In this document: piece after piece, positions 11,086 to 22,813 of the stretch
How the letters are laid out: every line of letters begins with the position of its first letter
Numbering within the stretch: the first letter of the stretch is position 1
Source: Hydrurus foetidus
Taxonomy: Eukaryota
Direction of reading: 5' to 3'
NCBI GenBank assembly: GCA_900617105.1
Contig: UYFQ01000319.1
Coordinates: 1-37,132 of the forward strand
Length of the DNA stretch: 37,132 bases
Notes under the pieces: model-generated
The model's database searches: none
The model's input: the letters and a program-made list of their open reading frames with translations, nothing else
Told to the model about the DNA's origin: nothing
Position numbers and translations under genes: made by a program

Positions 11086-14000
11086 ACTATGTAATGGCGG
11101 ATTATCTGGATCACAAAATGTTGTTATCTTTACATCAGAAGGAATGCGATGTTTTTCAATAGAATCTATTAGAGAAGCAGTAGCATTAATAGATAAATTA
11201 GGTATTGAGATTATTCATGGATACATATCAAATGGTGTCTATGTATATAATCAAAATGAAGAAAAATCTGCAAATAAAGTTATAGCTAACGAATATATAT
11301 AGTTCACAAAAAACAGTCTGATAGTTTTAAAGAAACAAAAGTAAATAATAAATCGGCAACATTACATCTGACACAATTTGAGCCTGTGTCATCATATGAT
11401 TACATCCACATAGTCACCGGACATCCCGGAAATATCGGAATGATATGGCATCTCAAAAATTCTACAAATACAAAATTCACTGAAGAGGATGCAAATAAAC
11501 AACGCGGTCCTTGTAAGGGTTGTGTGTACGGGACCATGCATCAAACTGTTACTGATCACAGAAGAGAACATAGAGATCTTCCTGTTAAACCAGGACAATG
11601 TTTCTCTCCGGATGCATACCAGCACAATTGCTATTCCGCAAGGGGATATAAGCATTGTGATATTTATACGGATTTAGCAACTCGTCATTGTTATCCGGTT
11701 TATACTAAAGACAGATCTGCTCATGAAGTGTATGCTCAGAGTTTAAAATTATTTAATCAACACCCTGAATGGCAATACGTCCATGATACCGATACTATAA
11801 GATTCATTCGACTTGACCATGAAAGAAATTATAGATCAAATGAGTTCTCAGCATTTGTTGGTTCTAAGGGATATTAACTCGAGCGCACACCATCCAGGGA
11901 TAAACATGCTGGTGGTGTTGCAGAAAGAGCTGTGGGAGTAATTGTAGCAAAAACAAATGCTGCAATGCTTTGTCCAGACAATCCTGTCCCTCAAGTTTAT
12001 TGGGATTTAGCAATGACATATGCATGCGATACAGCATCATATAATCACTCAAAAGTAATAGGAACATCCCCATATATGAAAATAACTGGGCAACCAATAA
12101 ATATAAAATATTTACAACCTTTTTGGTCTTCATGCTATGTATTCATACCTCTAGCTGAACGTGTCAAATTAGGTGCAAGAAGAGCGTATAAAGCTAAGTT
12201 TTGTGGATACTCAAATACATTCCTTCTTTTTCCTAACTACTTCGTAATTCCATATGAAAATGGTAAATATGGACGAATCCGTGAAAGTAAAGATGTAATA
12301 TTTGATCCAACAATAGACTTTAGTATATACACAAATGATGAAGAACCGTACGATCGTGAATTTCTACATACAGATCATTATGTACCGTTCTTACATCGAC
12401 AGTCAGCACCCGATGAACTCCAGGGAGAATTGGCTCAACCATATGTTGAACCAGCTGGAGAAACATTTGAACCTGATTTCCCAGAAAGAGCAAATGTCTT
12501 AGCAGAACAAAATAGAAATGAACCTATTCCTTTTGAAGACACAAATGAAAATAATATCAATATAGTCAATATGCCATATACAGATGAAAATAATGATCCT
12601 GTATATTGGTATAATATGAATGTAAGAAATGAAGAATACGCTCTAAGTATGTGTGAAACACAACACTACTCCAAATTAGGTGTACCAATAGATCCTCGTG
12701 TACCCAAATGCTTTAAACAAGTACATATACCAGCTTGGAAAGCTGCAATAGACAAGGAATGTGAAAAATTTGACAATAATGATTGTTTCACAGTTGTTCC
12801 ATATAATGGACAACAACTCGTATCAATGATGTGGCTATTCAACATCAAAACTGATGGCACACTAAAAGCGCGCCTTGTAGCACGGGGTGATTTAATGAAG
12901 CCATACGTCCACTACCATCCAAATGATGTGTATTGTGGCAATGTATCAGCAACATCAATCAAAATAGCCGTAGCTATTGCTGCTGCTTATAAATGCACAA
13001 TGCGGGGTGGAGATTTGGAAGGTGCTTATTTAGTTACAAGAGCAAATGAAGCTTATCCAATATTCATTAAGACTCCTGAAGGATACAGTATTCCTGAAGG
13101 AATGTGCACACAATCATTAGGAAATGTATATGGTAATCCAACGTCAGGACAAAATTTCAGTATTAAGTTAGACAAGTGTGTCAAAGAATGTGGATACAAG
13201 AATACTCCATGGGATCCCAAATTGTTTCATAAATGGAAAGAAGAAAGAATAATAATTCTAATAGTACATAGCGATGACTTTCGCTGGTTTGGAGATAAGA
13301 AAGATTTAAATGAGTGGGATGCCCTAATAAAGAATTTCAATAAACATAAATATATAGTAACAGACTGTTCAGATAAAGAATTTGTTGGAATCCGTATCAC
13401 ATGTGATGAAAACTATTCATGGATCCGTACAACTATTTCATGGATCAAACAAGAATGGTTGAAGAAATTATAGACGGTATTGGAATGAAAAATGCTAAAG
13501 ATGAATCATTACCATATCCGCTAGACAAAACAAGTCTATCAAAATTAGACAATGCCTCTCCTGCACAACTATCTGAATGTAGCAAATTTCCGTATCGATG
13601 AGTTGTCGGTCAATTAATGTATGGTATGGTACATACATTAGTGTCAATAATGTACGCACTAAATGTATTGTCCCGATACGGTAACAATCCTGGACCACGA
13701 CATATAGAGTTTGCTAGACACTTATTAAGATATGTTAAAATGTCAAAATCAGATAGATTAAAATTTAAGACTCATGATGGTCCAAAAGATATTAAGACAA
13801 TGACTGAGTTTCTTCAGTTAAGATTTCAATGCGATGCTGACCTAGGCAATCTAGATAACCTTCATTCGCAGACATCATATCTCGGATATTTAGGTCCATC
13901 ATTAATATGCTGGTGCTCAACAGATCAGGGCAGCATATCAACATCAACAGCAGAATCTGAAATAAAAGCAATTAATCACGCTCTGAAGGCTGAGGTGATA

Positions 14001-14321
14001 GCAAACCGCGGAATGTTAAGTCAAATGGGTTGACTACAGGCACCAACGAGAACTGAAGAAGACAATAAAGCATGCGTAGATGCATCAATAATTAGTCATA
14101 TGACAAGAGGACTACGTCACTTAGAAATAACTGAAAACTTCCTGAAAGAAAAATATGCCGATGAAACTTGTGTGCTAGTCAAAATAGCATCATCTGATTA
14201 TAATTCAGATATTGGAACGAAAAGAGTAACAAAACAAGTATTTGAAAAGTTAACAAATGAGATTGTTGACAAATCTTTGAGAGTAATAAAAGTAAAGCAA
14301 AGTGACAAAATATCAAACTAA
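11086..14321 (+). pseudogene. pol: B pol: C-terminal half of protease, integrase, RT, RNase H with several stops/frameshifts
   Basis: HIVTGH...CKGC; GGVAERAVG; KARLVARG; VHSDDF; CDADLG; STAESE; DIGTKR; stops at ~11875, ~13599, ~14031. Confidence 0.92.
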
Positions 14322-14331
14322 ATATATTTGG

Positions 14332-14647
14332 ATATCACGATTGTTTAATCAGAGATGACATGAATTCAAATAGTAATAAAATCAAATATTCAAATATCAT
14401 GATTATCTAATTAGAGATGACATGAATTCAAAAAGAAAAGAAAAATATAAGTAAATATATCATGATTATCTGATCAGAGATGACATGCATACAAAGTAAA
14501 ATTAAAAGATTAAGTATTATGATTATCTAATCAAAGATGACATAAAATACCCTGATGCAGTTAAGCATTCTACGCTCATTGTTTGATCAGAGACGGCACG
14601 ATGAGCCTCACTAAGAAAATAATATAAAGCAAAAGTTATCATGATTA
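14332..14647 (+). repeat. Imperfect tandem array of ~57-65 bp units (5 + partial 6th) in B 3' UTR
   Basis: Core ATATCATGATTATCTAATCAGAGATGACATG recurs at ~14332, 14394, 14457, 14514, ~14570, 14635. Confidence 0.85.
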
Positions 14648-14654
14648 CGGGGTG

Positions 14655-15142
14655 TGTCGGTATATAACAGCGATAAGTGCTAGTTATAGCTGTATATAGC
14701 CATTTGTATAATCAACAACTAGCATGATAGGATATCATAAGTAAACACCTTTTGTGGATTGTTCTTGATGTGCAATGTGCACCAAGTGCAATGCCAGTTC
14801 GTATCACGTATATTCCCATTGTTACACCGTAATAATCACAGATGTATAGTGTTTATCTGGTACTTGGTACAAACGTCATATTTGCAGTTGGGTAGCTACT
14901 ATCTCGCCTATACAACAACGCAGATGCAAATCTGCGAGAGCCAGTCAAGTTGCATGCGCATGATGCCTGAGATCTTAGTATTGTACGGCAGGTAGAAATG
15001 ATGTGCACCATGAATTTATGCTTTGTGGCCACCGTGCCAGTTTCTAATTCTATAAACAGAGTATTCTAACCAAACCTTATATCTTCGTTTGGCCATCCAC
15101 GATATGTCCTCCCGACTTCGTGCCAACGCTTGGCGACTCACA
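14655..15142 (+). repeat. B 3' LTR (488 bp), preceded by PPT ttacggggtg
   Basis: TGTCGG...GACTCACA; matches 7716-8210; no PBS after it. Confidence 0.92.
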
Positions 15143-15978
15143 AGCTTGAAACCGCTTCTTACGAGGCGTCGGGAGATAGTTTTCTATACGAAAGCCTCCA
15201 GAATATAATTCCATCACTTGGTGTTGAATTATTGACTTAAAACTCTCGTCTTATGGTGAAGAAGAACCCTGTCCAGCCTCTACGGCGTGGATCTGAGGCG
15301 GAGAAACCCCTTGATGGAGCCGGAGTATGAGGAAATTCTGATTTACCCGCTTTATATGGAGATGATAACCCTGATGACGGAGAAATGGACATGGAATCCT
15401 TACCTTCTGAACAGCATCTGATTGATCTAGAAGAGTGTGGAGACATTCCAAACGACGCCCAAAGCCCTTTTCAGGAACTGGTTGAAACCGAACCGATGAG
15501 TTCAAGTAGCTCGGCGAGCTCATCCAGCGTCGTGGCTGCACCGCGTACTCTTGTACCTCACGTTCCCGATCCGAGGTACAAGAGTCGCACAGCAGTCGCA
15601 CCCAACCGGAACAGATACCTCTCGCGCCCGTCGTCATCGACGTAGTACCCAACCCACCACCGAATCCTCAGTGCAATATGGATCAGGTTACGACGGCGTT
15701 GAAGCATTCAATGACTGGAGGTTTGAATCTCCAGAAACCTCTGCTCATCATCGACACCCCAGAGGTAACGGAAGATCAAGCTGCCCAGTTTCAGAACCAA
15801 GTCAATCAATGGCATAAAAACTTCCTGGTGCACCAGGTGGTTGTTAGCCCTGCCACCTATGTGGTATAGTATGCGTTTGCGAGCGATCCAGAGTTCACTC
15901 TGATCTCTCCAAGCAAATACTCAACATGATACAATCATGATACAGTCAAACAGGCTGCCCAAGTCATAACCAAATACT

Positions 15979-17445
15979 TTGGCGACAGAAATGATATTGG
16001 TAGAAAACTCGTTGAGAACTTCTTCCTGTTACACCAACGCAGACATTGAGAGAAAATCCTTCATGGCTCTCAAGGCGTTAACGACGGTCTATGAGAATAC
16101 CCAATATATCACTCCGGCGCAGCATGCTGCACTGATAGTTACGATCGGGAAAAAAATGAAACCGGATAGTCAGCTTAAAAGCGACTACTTCGCGGCTCGT
16201 GGCAACGAGGGTAAACCTATACCGAACGAAACGTGGGAACAAGCGTTCACTCGTCTTGGTAAATGCATCTTCAATGTTAGGAAGCTCGTTGAACGAGTTG
16301 CTAACTATGGCGATACCTCCGCTATTCATACTCTGTTTAGCAAATACCAGGAGCAGGAGACTCGGCAGGCCAGAACACCGATAATCCCTGAACAGCGTTC
16401 GTACGCTGCCGCTGTCTACCTCAAGTCAGCGCTGGCTAACTCACCAGCTAACCCTCAACCTTCTGCTGCACCTGCACATGCACATGCACATGCACATGCA
16501 CATGCACATGCACATGCACATGCACATGCACATGCATCTTCACCCAGTGCAGCAGTGCTGAGGAGACCAACAACTGAATCAATAATTCAGTTGTTGCCGC
16601 AACCAGCGCCAATCCCATGTCGCTCATGCGGTCACACTGGACATGAAGTCAGACTCTGTCCAGTTCTGTTTCGCACAGACGCCAACCATAGTGAACTCCA
16701 CCTTCAATGGAAAGATTCAACAGCGGGTAAGATGTGGCATTCATATGGCTTCGAAGCTTATGATGATGGAGCCCAACTACCAAACCATGCTGTCCGCTAC
16801 CTGGTCAAACCAGTGTCCGAGTTTAGATACTCGATGCTCCAACTACCCAACAAGCGTGCTCGTTTTGACAATGGAGGAGCTACCGTACCTACGTTACCCG
16901 GTCAACACGACCCCGCTAACAATGCACAGTACGCAGAAACACGCAGAAACAGAAAACAAGGTAAATCTGTTTCCTTAAACGCTATTGTTGCAGCCTCTAT
17001 AACCAGAATAGAGATTGATTCTAACTTCTTATCTTCCTGGATTTTTATTAATCAGCGAAGTATAGTCAAGGACGGGGTGCGGGTCCAAGTGCATACCAGC
17101 CCCAACCACCACCACCCCACCCTTAGGGCTGAGCGAGTTCTGGCAAAGGTCCTCCTCGACACCGGGAGTCTCCCTGGCGACTTTAATAGTCAAGATTTTG
17201 TAATTAGTTTAAATGCTCAAGATTTTGTTTACACTTCATCTAAAGCTTTAACTATATGTTCCGGTCTAGATAACACATGTTATGTTAGCGACCAAGTAAT
17301 TGATATTGGAATGACTTTTGTCACCCATAATTTATTAATTAATACCATTTTCTTAACGGTGCGGATTATTCCAAACACCATCGATTTAATTTTGGGTCGA
17401 AATTCTCTAAAGAAATATGACTTCCTACGAAATAGGGATGTCTAA
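15979..17445 (+). CDS. C Gag C-terminal part + CCHC knuckle + aspartic protease (both ends uncertain)
   Basis: CRSCGHTGHEVRLC (16618-16659); VLLDTGS...IDLILGR. Confidence 0.75.
   Translation: MATEMILVENSLRTSSCYTNADIERKSFMALKALTTVYENTQYITPAQHAALIVTIGKKMKPDSQLKSDYFAARGNEGKPIPNETWEQAFTRLGKCIFNVRKLVERVANYGDTSAIHTLFSKYQEQETRQARTPIIPEQRSYAAAVYLKSALANSPANPQPSAAPAHAHAHAHAHAHAHAHAHAHASSPSAAVLRRPTTESIIQLLPQPAPIPCRSCGHTGHEVRLCPVLFRTDANHSELHLQWKDSTAGKMWHSYGFEAYDDGAQLPNHAVRYLVKPVSEFRYSMLQLPNKRARFDNGGATVPTLPGQHDPANNAQYAETRRNRKQGKSVSLNAIVAASITRIEIDSNFLSSWIFINQRSIVKDGVRVQVHTSPNHHHPTLRAERVLAKVLLDTGSLPGDFNSQDFVISLNAQDFVYTSSKALTICSGLDNTCYVSDQVIDIGMTFVTHNLLINTIFLTVRIIPNTIDLILGRNSLKKYDFLRNRDV
16474..16536 (+). 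repeat. (GCACAT)10.5 microsatellite encoding (Ala-His)10
   Basis: Perfect hexamer repeat, in frame. Confidence 0.97.
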
Positions 17446-17601
17446 TATGGAAATCTCCTTCGAAAAGATGGAAGCTTTCATATCTGATGAGTGCACTCCG
17501 TCGGGATTTGGGCAAGAAGGACGATTTGGTATGTCCTCAATCTGGTAACAGTACCATGACATATCACAAGATAGACTCAAACAGAGTCGCTAACTGTTCT
17601 G

Positions 17602-17640
17602 ATATGCGTGCACTCATATCTTATATGAGTGCACGCATAT
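17602..17640. repeat. Perfect 18-bp inverted repeat with 3-nt loop
   Basis: atatgcgtgcactcatat-ctt-atatgagtgcacgcatat. Confidence 0.97.
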
Positions 17641-17778
17641 ATTGTTACTAATTTTCTAAACTTTTTGCTAAATATCACGTACGGGGAGTACATCCTCAGT
17701 ACGGGGAGTATATATACACATACCATTCATTTCAATGACTCTCAATAACACATTCAGCTACATCTTCACTACGAGGAG

Positions 17779-18285
17779 TGTAAGTCTAGCATATTCATGC
17801 ACGATCTGTTAACATAGTTTCATCTGTAGATTAGCATTCACATGTCACAAGCAGTGTAGCGCTTCCTCACCCAAAACACCGCCATACACTGTTGTGTACA
17901 TACGCTCATCGTTCTTCTAGCGATATCCCCCTTCGGGGCCATCATCAAGCATCCAATTTTCATCATCAAGCATCCGGCTTTTCATCAGGTATCCGGTTTT
18001 CACCAAGCATCCGATTTCATGAGCAGCGAGGGTTCCGCCCGTTGCCTAATCGCTGTTTCGCCAGTTTGCTAAATATATTCGCACTTCGGCGATCATCATT
18101 TCATGCACACTGGATGCTTTGCTTTGCTTCTTTGGTGATTGTCTTCTCTGATATCATCGCCAGTTGTTTTACTACTTGATCGTTGTAAGTAAACACGTCT
18201 TCCGAGACCATTTCCACCACATAGTCTTTCCTTTGCGCTTCCGCAGCCAACAGGTAGCTAGCATCACTCCACAGTCTGACTCACA
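17779..18285 (+). repeat. 3' LTR (507 bp) of copia-like element E
   Basis: Preceded by A-type block ctacatcttcactacgaggag; ends TGTAAGTC...GACTCACA (7/8 inverted; last 8 nt as in B LTR); no PBS after it; internal ~18-20 bp repeats catcaagcatcc at ~17940-18020. Confidence 0.7.
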
Positions 18286-18326
18286 GTTTCTTTATTCTCA
18301 AAATTGATGTCAATTTCAGTTGAAAT

Positions 18327-18424
18327 AAGTGGGGTAGTGTAGCCGTCTAGGGTCGTCGGGATCCTGGACCCCATTCCGTCTGTTTGGGTACATACCCAAA
18401 CACACTGTAGACTTCTAGGTAGAC
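18327..18424 (+). repeat. PPT (aagtggggtag) + first 87 bp of another LTR, interrupted by F
   Basis: Resembles the G PPT/LTR junction aagtacgggtag|TGTG; possibly the 3' LTR of C (inference). Confidence 0.4.
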
Positions 18425-18628
18425 TGTTAGCACCCTGTTAGGATGTTTCCGTGCACATCGCACAGTTCAACAACCCCTTGTAAGCCTAACCCGTACATCC
18501 TAGCCCTCTAGCCTAGTCCCTTCAGGGCCACTGCTGTGAGCCATTATACCTACACTTGAGTGAGCTGTTGGAACAAGTTGGTCGACTAGCTGAAAGCAAA
18601 GTGTGTTCTGAACGAACCACTGCTATCA
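18425..18628 (+). repeat. Putative F 5' LTR (204 bp)
   Basis: TGTTAGCA...TGCTATCA (7/8 inverted), then PBS-like sequence and gag ATG at 18698; no second copy in window. Confidence 0.5.
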
Positions 18629-18631
18629 ACC

Positions 18632-18648
18632 AGGTGCTGTCCAGGATT
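18632..18648 (+). promoter_or_regulatory. Degenerate PBS, possibly tRNA-His type
   Basis: aggtgctgtccaggatt resembles the His-tRNA complement TGGTGCCGTGACTCGGATT. Confidence 0.35.
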
Positions 18649-20395
18649 TAAAAGGCAGACTTATTCCAAGATAATTAGAAGTCGCAAGCTGCTCAGAATG
18701 AGCAAGCAAGGCGAGAAGGGCGCTGCCCAATCAAAATCTGAGAAGGCCGGAAAAACTACACTTGAAGATGATGTGAGACCAGAGAGTCTTCCTGAGATCA
18801 CCCACAACGGGTGGAAAGAATGGGACGATAACATGCAGAGACTGAAATAGTACATGAGAGTCAACTTTCAGGATCTGACCCCATGATGCTGACCTCAAAA
18901 CCTGCTTATGAGGTGTACTTATTTTCGGAACCGGATTTTACTGCATTGGAGGCGTTGGACGAAATTCCTGATCCAAAAGGATTTCGAGCCAAGTTACTAA
19001 TGGCAGACCTGAATAACGACGGAGCGGTCGTGACAAAGATGAGGAAAAGCAAATAGAGGACCACAGATCAGCTTATCGACTGATTCGATCGATGTGTTCA
19101 CCATCACTCAAAGCGATTCTGGTAGTGCAGGTCTACCACGACTACAAATACTACCTCAGCGATTCCCTGGAGTGCACCGCAATTGATATCTATCCGAAGA
19201 CCCTGGTCGACGCAATTAATGGAGCAACTAGATTCCATCGTGGGACAAAGGGTAGCGCATTGCAATCACCGATAGTGACCCCCCATACGGCACTTGCGGC
19301 GAAGAACCCCGTCAAATCGTGTGGGTCTCAAAAGGGAGAGAAATCACCCGTCAAAGAAAAAACCAAAAAGATTAACCTGGAAAAAGTCAAAGAGCCGAAA
19401 GTCACGTTTGCTAAAGATGTGAAAGAGGATAAATTTAGTTGAACATGTTACTACTGTTGGAAAGCTGGTCATCGTGCTAGTGAGTGCAGAAAGAAGGCAA
19501 CGAAAGGGAGAGCCCCCTTCAACCCCACAAGTATCATATTCGGCCAGGAGAAAAACCGACGAAGGTGACTCCAGTGCTCCAGATGATGTCTACACCGCAG
19601 TTGGCTCAAGAGGATGACGAGAATCAATATGGCGAAAGGAACTGTAGTGTGTGCTACACCACCTCACCTGCAAAACTTGCAACCCTCGGTCCTCGGACCG
19701 ATTTTTCCGCCAACCGTAACATCAATCAACAAAGTACATCGGAGGCCATCTTCGACACAGGAGCTACAGGCACCATCATTACATGTACAGATGTGCTGAG
19801 TGACATTGTGACATGCACTCTCACTGTATTTTTGCATGATTCGCTCACTGTAACTAAAACAGCAAACCTTCGTGACATTGGCATCGTTCATTTTGATCCA
19901 CGTGCTGGACTTTCCATTATCTCGGCATCGGACTGCCTGTTGCAAGGACACAACTGGGAGTTTCGTCAGGGTTCTACAATAGATCAGGATGCATTTTTGC
20001 TCCATACTGATCAGAATATCTTCAAATATTAACATCGTGGAGGGCTATATGTCAACGATTTGACAACGCCTCAGAGCCGCGATATTCTGACGCCGCAGAG
20101 CGCAGAATCGAATGTGCTCACCCCGCAGTGACAAAAACACCATCAGAAATCATGTCAAGTCTACTACACTTGCAACAACGGAAGATAACGAGTCCAAATT
20201 CACAAAAAGCGAAGTTCAGAGAAGCGTTGATGCAAGTCGGTTGCATTTCCACCCAATCAAAAATTCATTTCTGCTTTGAGGGCTGCAACATTTCTCAACT
20301 GCAACATATTACCTGAAGATATCGCACGTGCCACAGCGATTTGGGGGGCAAACACTGCTTCGCTCAAAGGACGCACTACCAGGATCCTTCGCCAC

Positions 20396-20564
20396 TGTGA
20401 CCTTGCAGAACAAAGGAGAAGGGAAGTTAAAAGGCTAAAAGTGACTCGTTAGTTAGGGGGAAAGCAGAAGGTATGCTAGTAATTTCTGCAAAGCAGCACA
20501 AACTAGCCAGTGACTAATAGTCATGGCTGTGAACACGAAGATACTAACAGCATCTAATCGGCTG
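20396..20564 (-). repeat. Left part of G 3' LTR (remainder at 27656-27685)
   Basis: Starts TGTGA where F coding similarity ends; joined across D it ends GCCACA followed by PPT complement ctacccgtactt. Confidence 0.6.
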
Positions 20565-20882
20565 TGTTATAGTTACACTATATATTGGTTGCACGTATGT
20601 ACTGACACATCGCACGTTGCTTGAGCCACTAGTTTTTCGAACCAGTTTTCGAATTTTGACTGTTCGACAACGTCAACTCGAGTTGCACTCTATGGTAGCT
20701 AATCTCACAGTCCTTTCACATCTAAATAACTACCGTTACAAAACTCCGACCGACTCCTTCGAGTCAACGAACCGCCTTGATCAGTCCAGTTTGCCTGACA
20801 AGATCTCCAGTTGCGCCAATTTGCCCAACTCCACAACCAACGTTTCAACTTCAGCCAGTTTGCTGAACCGTGACACAGCATA
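20565..20882 (+). repeat. D 5' LTR
   Basis: Direct repeat of 27334-27651. Confidence 0.95.
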
Positions 20883-21151
20883 AATATATATTTCTAGTAA
20901 CCACGAGAAAACGTTATAGAAACGATTTCCGCAGTTGATTCGATTCTTAAACGCCAGAAGGCAGTGATCGCCCTGGCTCAGCGAGATTCCGAATCTCTGA
21001 GGTAAGTGCTCAATCTTGAATTAAGAAGTTAATTCAAGAAACCAAGTCCACAGTTCTGTTTTCTTGCTTCGACTACGTCTGAAGGAACAGGAATCCAAAC
21101 TCAACTTTAGAGAGAAGGTGCCAAAAAGAAAGCCTTAAAAAAAGAAGATCG

Positions 21152-22813
21152 ATGGCTCAAAGGAAAGCCCAATTGAAAGTTCAATTCTGGAGCTCAAGAA
21201 TATGTTCACTCAGTTTCTCAAATTGAGTAACGAAATCCAAGCAAGCAATCGTACCGACATAAACGAACTAAAAGAAGCCATCATCGCAATCAGTAAACCA
21301 AACTATCAATCTCCAATGGGCGATGAAAGCGTTGAAACACCTCTCCCGATCAGAGCTCGTGGTAGCAGAAGATCTTGAATGGTCTTCGGAATATCTCAAC
21401 TTCCATTAAGTTCACCGCCAACAGATACGCTGCCCATTGATACGCCACTCAAATCAAACATCCTAGTACTCCAAGTAGATATTGTGTACGACAGAGAGTT
21501 GATAGTCAGTTTTCTTGAAGGCCTCCAGTATCTGGCCAGATAGCTTGAACTATTGTCCTCCAAATACCCCGGTCATGATACCAAAATGGCCCACATGGTC
21601 TCCTACAACCTGCGCCCACATGTAATAGCCTCGTGGAACTCCCACCGCTATCGAGAATCTCTAATTACTGGCATAGAATCCAACGAAATCATGGTCGAAG
21701 ATTGGCTCTCTTTATCAAATTCAGAGGTACAAGCTATTTTGGTGGAGGCTGCAAGACCAAGAACAAAAGAGCTTTACTCCAAGAAACTAATTCTATTTCT
21801 CGGTAAAGGAATCCCACAGACTCCCTCGTTAACCACCGACAACTTCTCTAGCACATTCTACGCTCCACTGATGAAATCGCTCACCGACTTACTCCACCTC
21901 TACGAGCTCATGTCAGAAGAAACCTCCAATCATAGCACTAACAAGGCAAAGATCCCAGTCTGCGGCTATGGATCATGGGACAGTCCTGGTCAAATTGCAT
22001 TACGGCTAATATCTTTGGGTAGACAAAAAGAATCAATACTACAATGGCTTAGCAAAGGTGAACTTGTGAAACACAAGTCTCTTGAGGCATCAGTCAAGTT
22101 TATCAGAGCCAGACTAATGGAAGGCCGCGCCCAAAGCGAGGCTTGACAAGACTTCGATGCAAAGCTGACCCCTATATGCTATGAGGATTTACGATACACT
22201 CAAGCGGAATCACATTCGCGACATCAGATATCTACACCAAGCCGTCCGCCGTTCGTTACTCCTCGTAAATACGACCAGTATCGGCAGTCCAACTTCTCTT
22301 CGCTAGAGATCTCTTCTCGACAAACGTCAACTCTAATCGGTAACGACCACAATGATGAAGACATAGAAAAGGAGGATGCGCTTGAAATCTCAACTGAAGA
22401 ACTTGATGACTGGAATGAGACAAACATGACAACTACAGACAATGATTCCCTTCTAGCAATGACTGCAGAACAACATCGCTCCCGTTCAGCTGTTTCTGCA
22501 ACCTTCCGTGGATATTGCAGTGAAGCTTTCGTCTACGGTAAATGCTTGCGCCAGAACTCTGGTTGCACTTTTGATCATTCCGCTGCAGGTCAGGAACTCT
22601 ACATTTTGCTGTATTCAGTCATTTACTCAACTCGCTAAACGAGAGCTACAACGACATGGACAGCTAGAGCAATGGTCTTCTCCAAAACTTGAACCAACCA
22701 ACAAACAGAAAATAAACAACTCCCACGGGTACAAGAGCTCTACTTCTTCATATCTTCCTGCAACTACAAAGCCTTATGTCTCAACGACGACTACTCGTCC
22801 GTACCACAAATAG
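21152..22813 (+). pseudogene. gag: D gag (fragmented; start approximate) with CCCH-type finger
   Basis: Position between LTR and protease; CSEAFVYGKCLRQNSGCTFDH at 22516-22578. Confidence 0.65.

Larger units (their letters stand above)
7716..15142 (+). mobile_element. Degenerate Ty1/copia element B (related to family A)
   Basis: Two LTRs, PBS, PPT, fragmented gag/IN/RT/RNaseH homologous to A. Confidence 0.93.
15143..17445 (+). mobile_element. Ty3/gypsy-type element C fragment: leader, gag and protease, truncated before RT
   Basis: Fragmented gag-like ORFs from ~15385; protease similar to that of D (LLDTGSLPGDF vs LLDTGAQGSNF; DLILG). Confidence 0.7.
18425..20395 (+). mobile_element. Truncated degenerate copia-type element F: 5' LTR, gag, protease, pre-integrase region
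   Basis: YPKTLVDA; CYYCWKAGHRASEC (19446-19487); AIFDTGAT; GGLYV; EDIARATAIWGANTASLKGRTTR, which I recall from diatom CoDi-like copia elements. Confidence 0.7.

Noticed and set aside
14025..14040. Alternative genetic code (TGA=Trp), as TGA aligns with Trp in A
   Set aside because: TGG encodes Trp throughout; other TGAs align with Arg (13599), and TAA/TAG lesions also occur, consistent with ordinary transition decay
14332..14647. CRISPR array
   Set aside because: Repeats are degenerate, spacers are A-rich and partly related, there are no cas genes, and it lies inside a retrotransposon UTR
20617..20883. Duplicated 88-aa ORF (also 27386-27652)
   Set aside because: Duplicated only because it lies in the D LTRs; TTG start, no motifs
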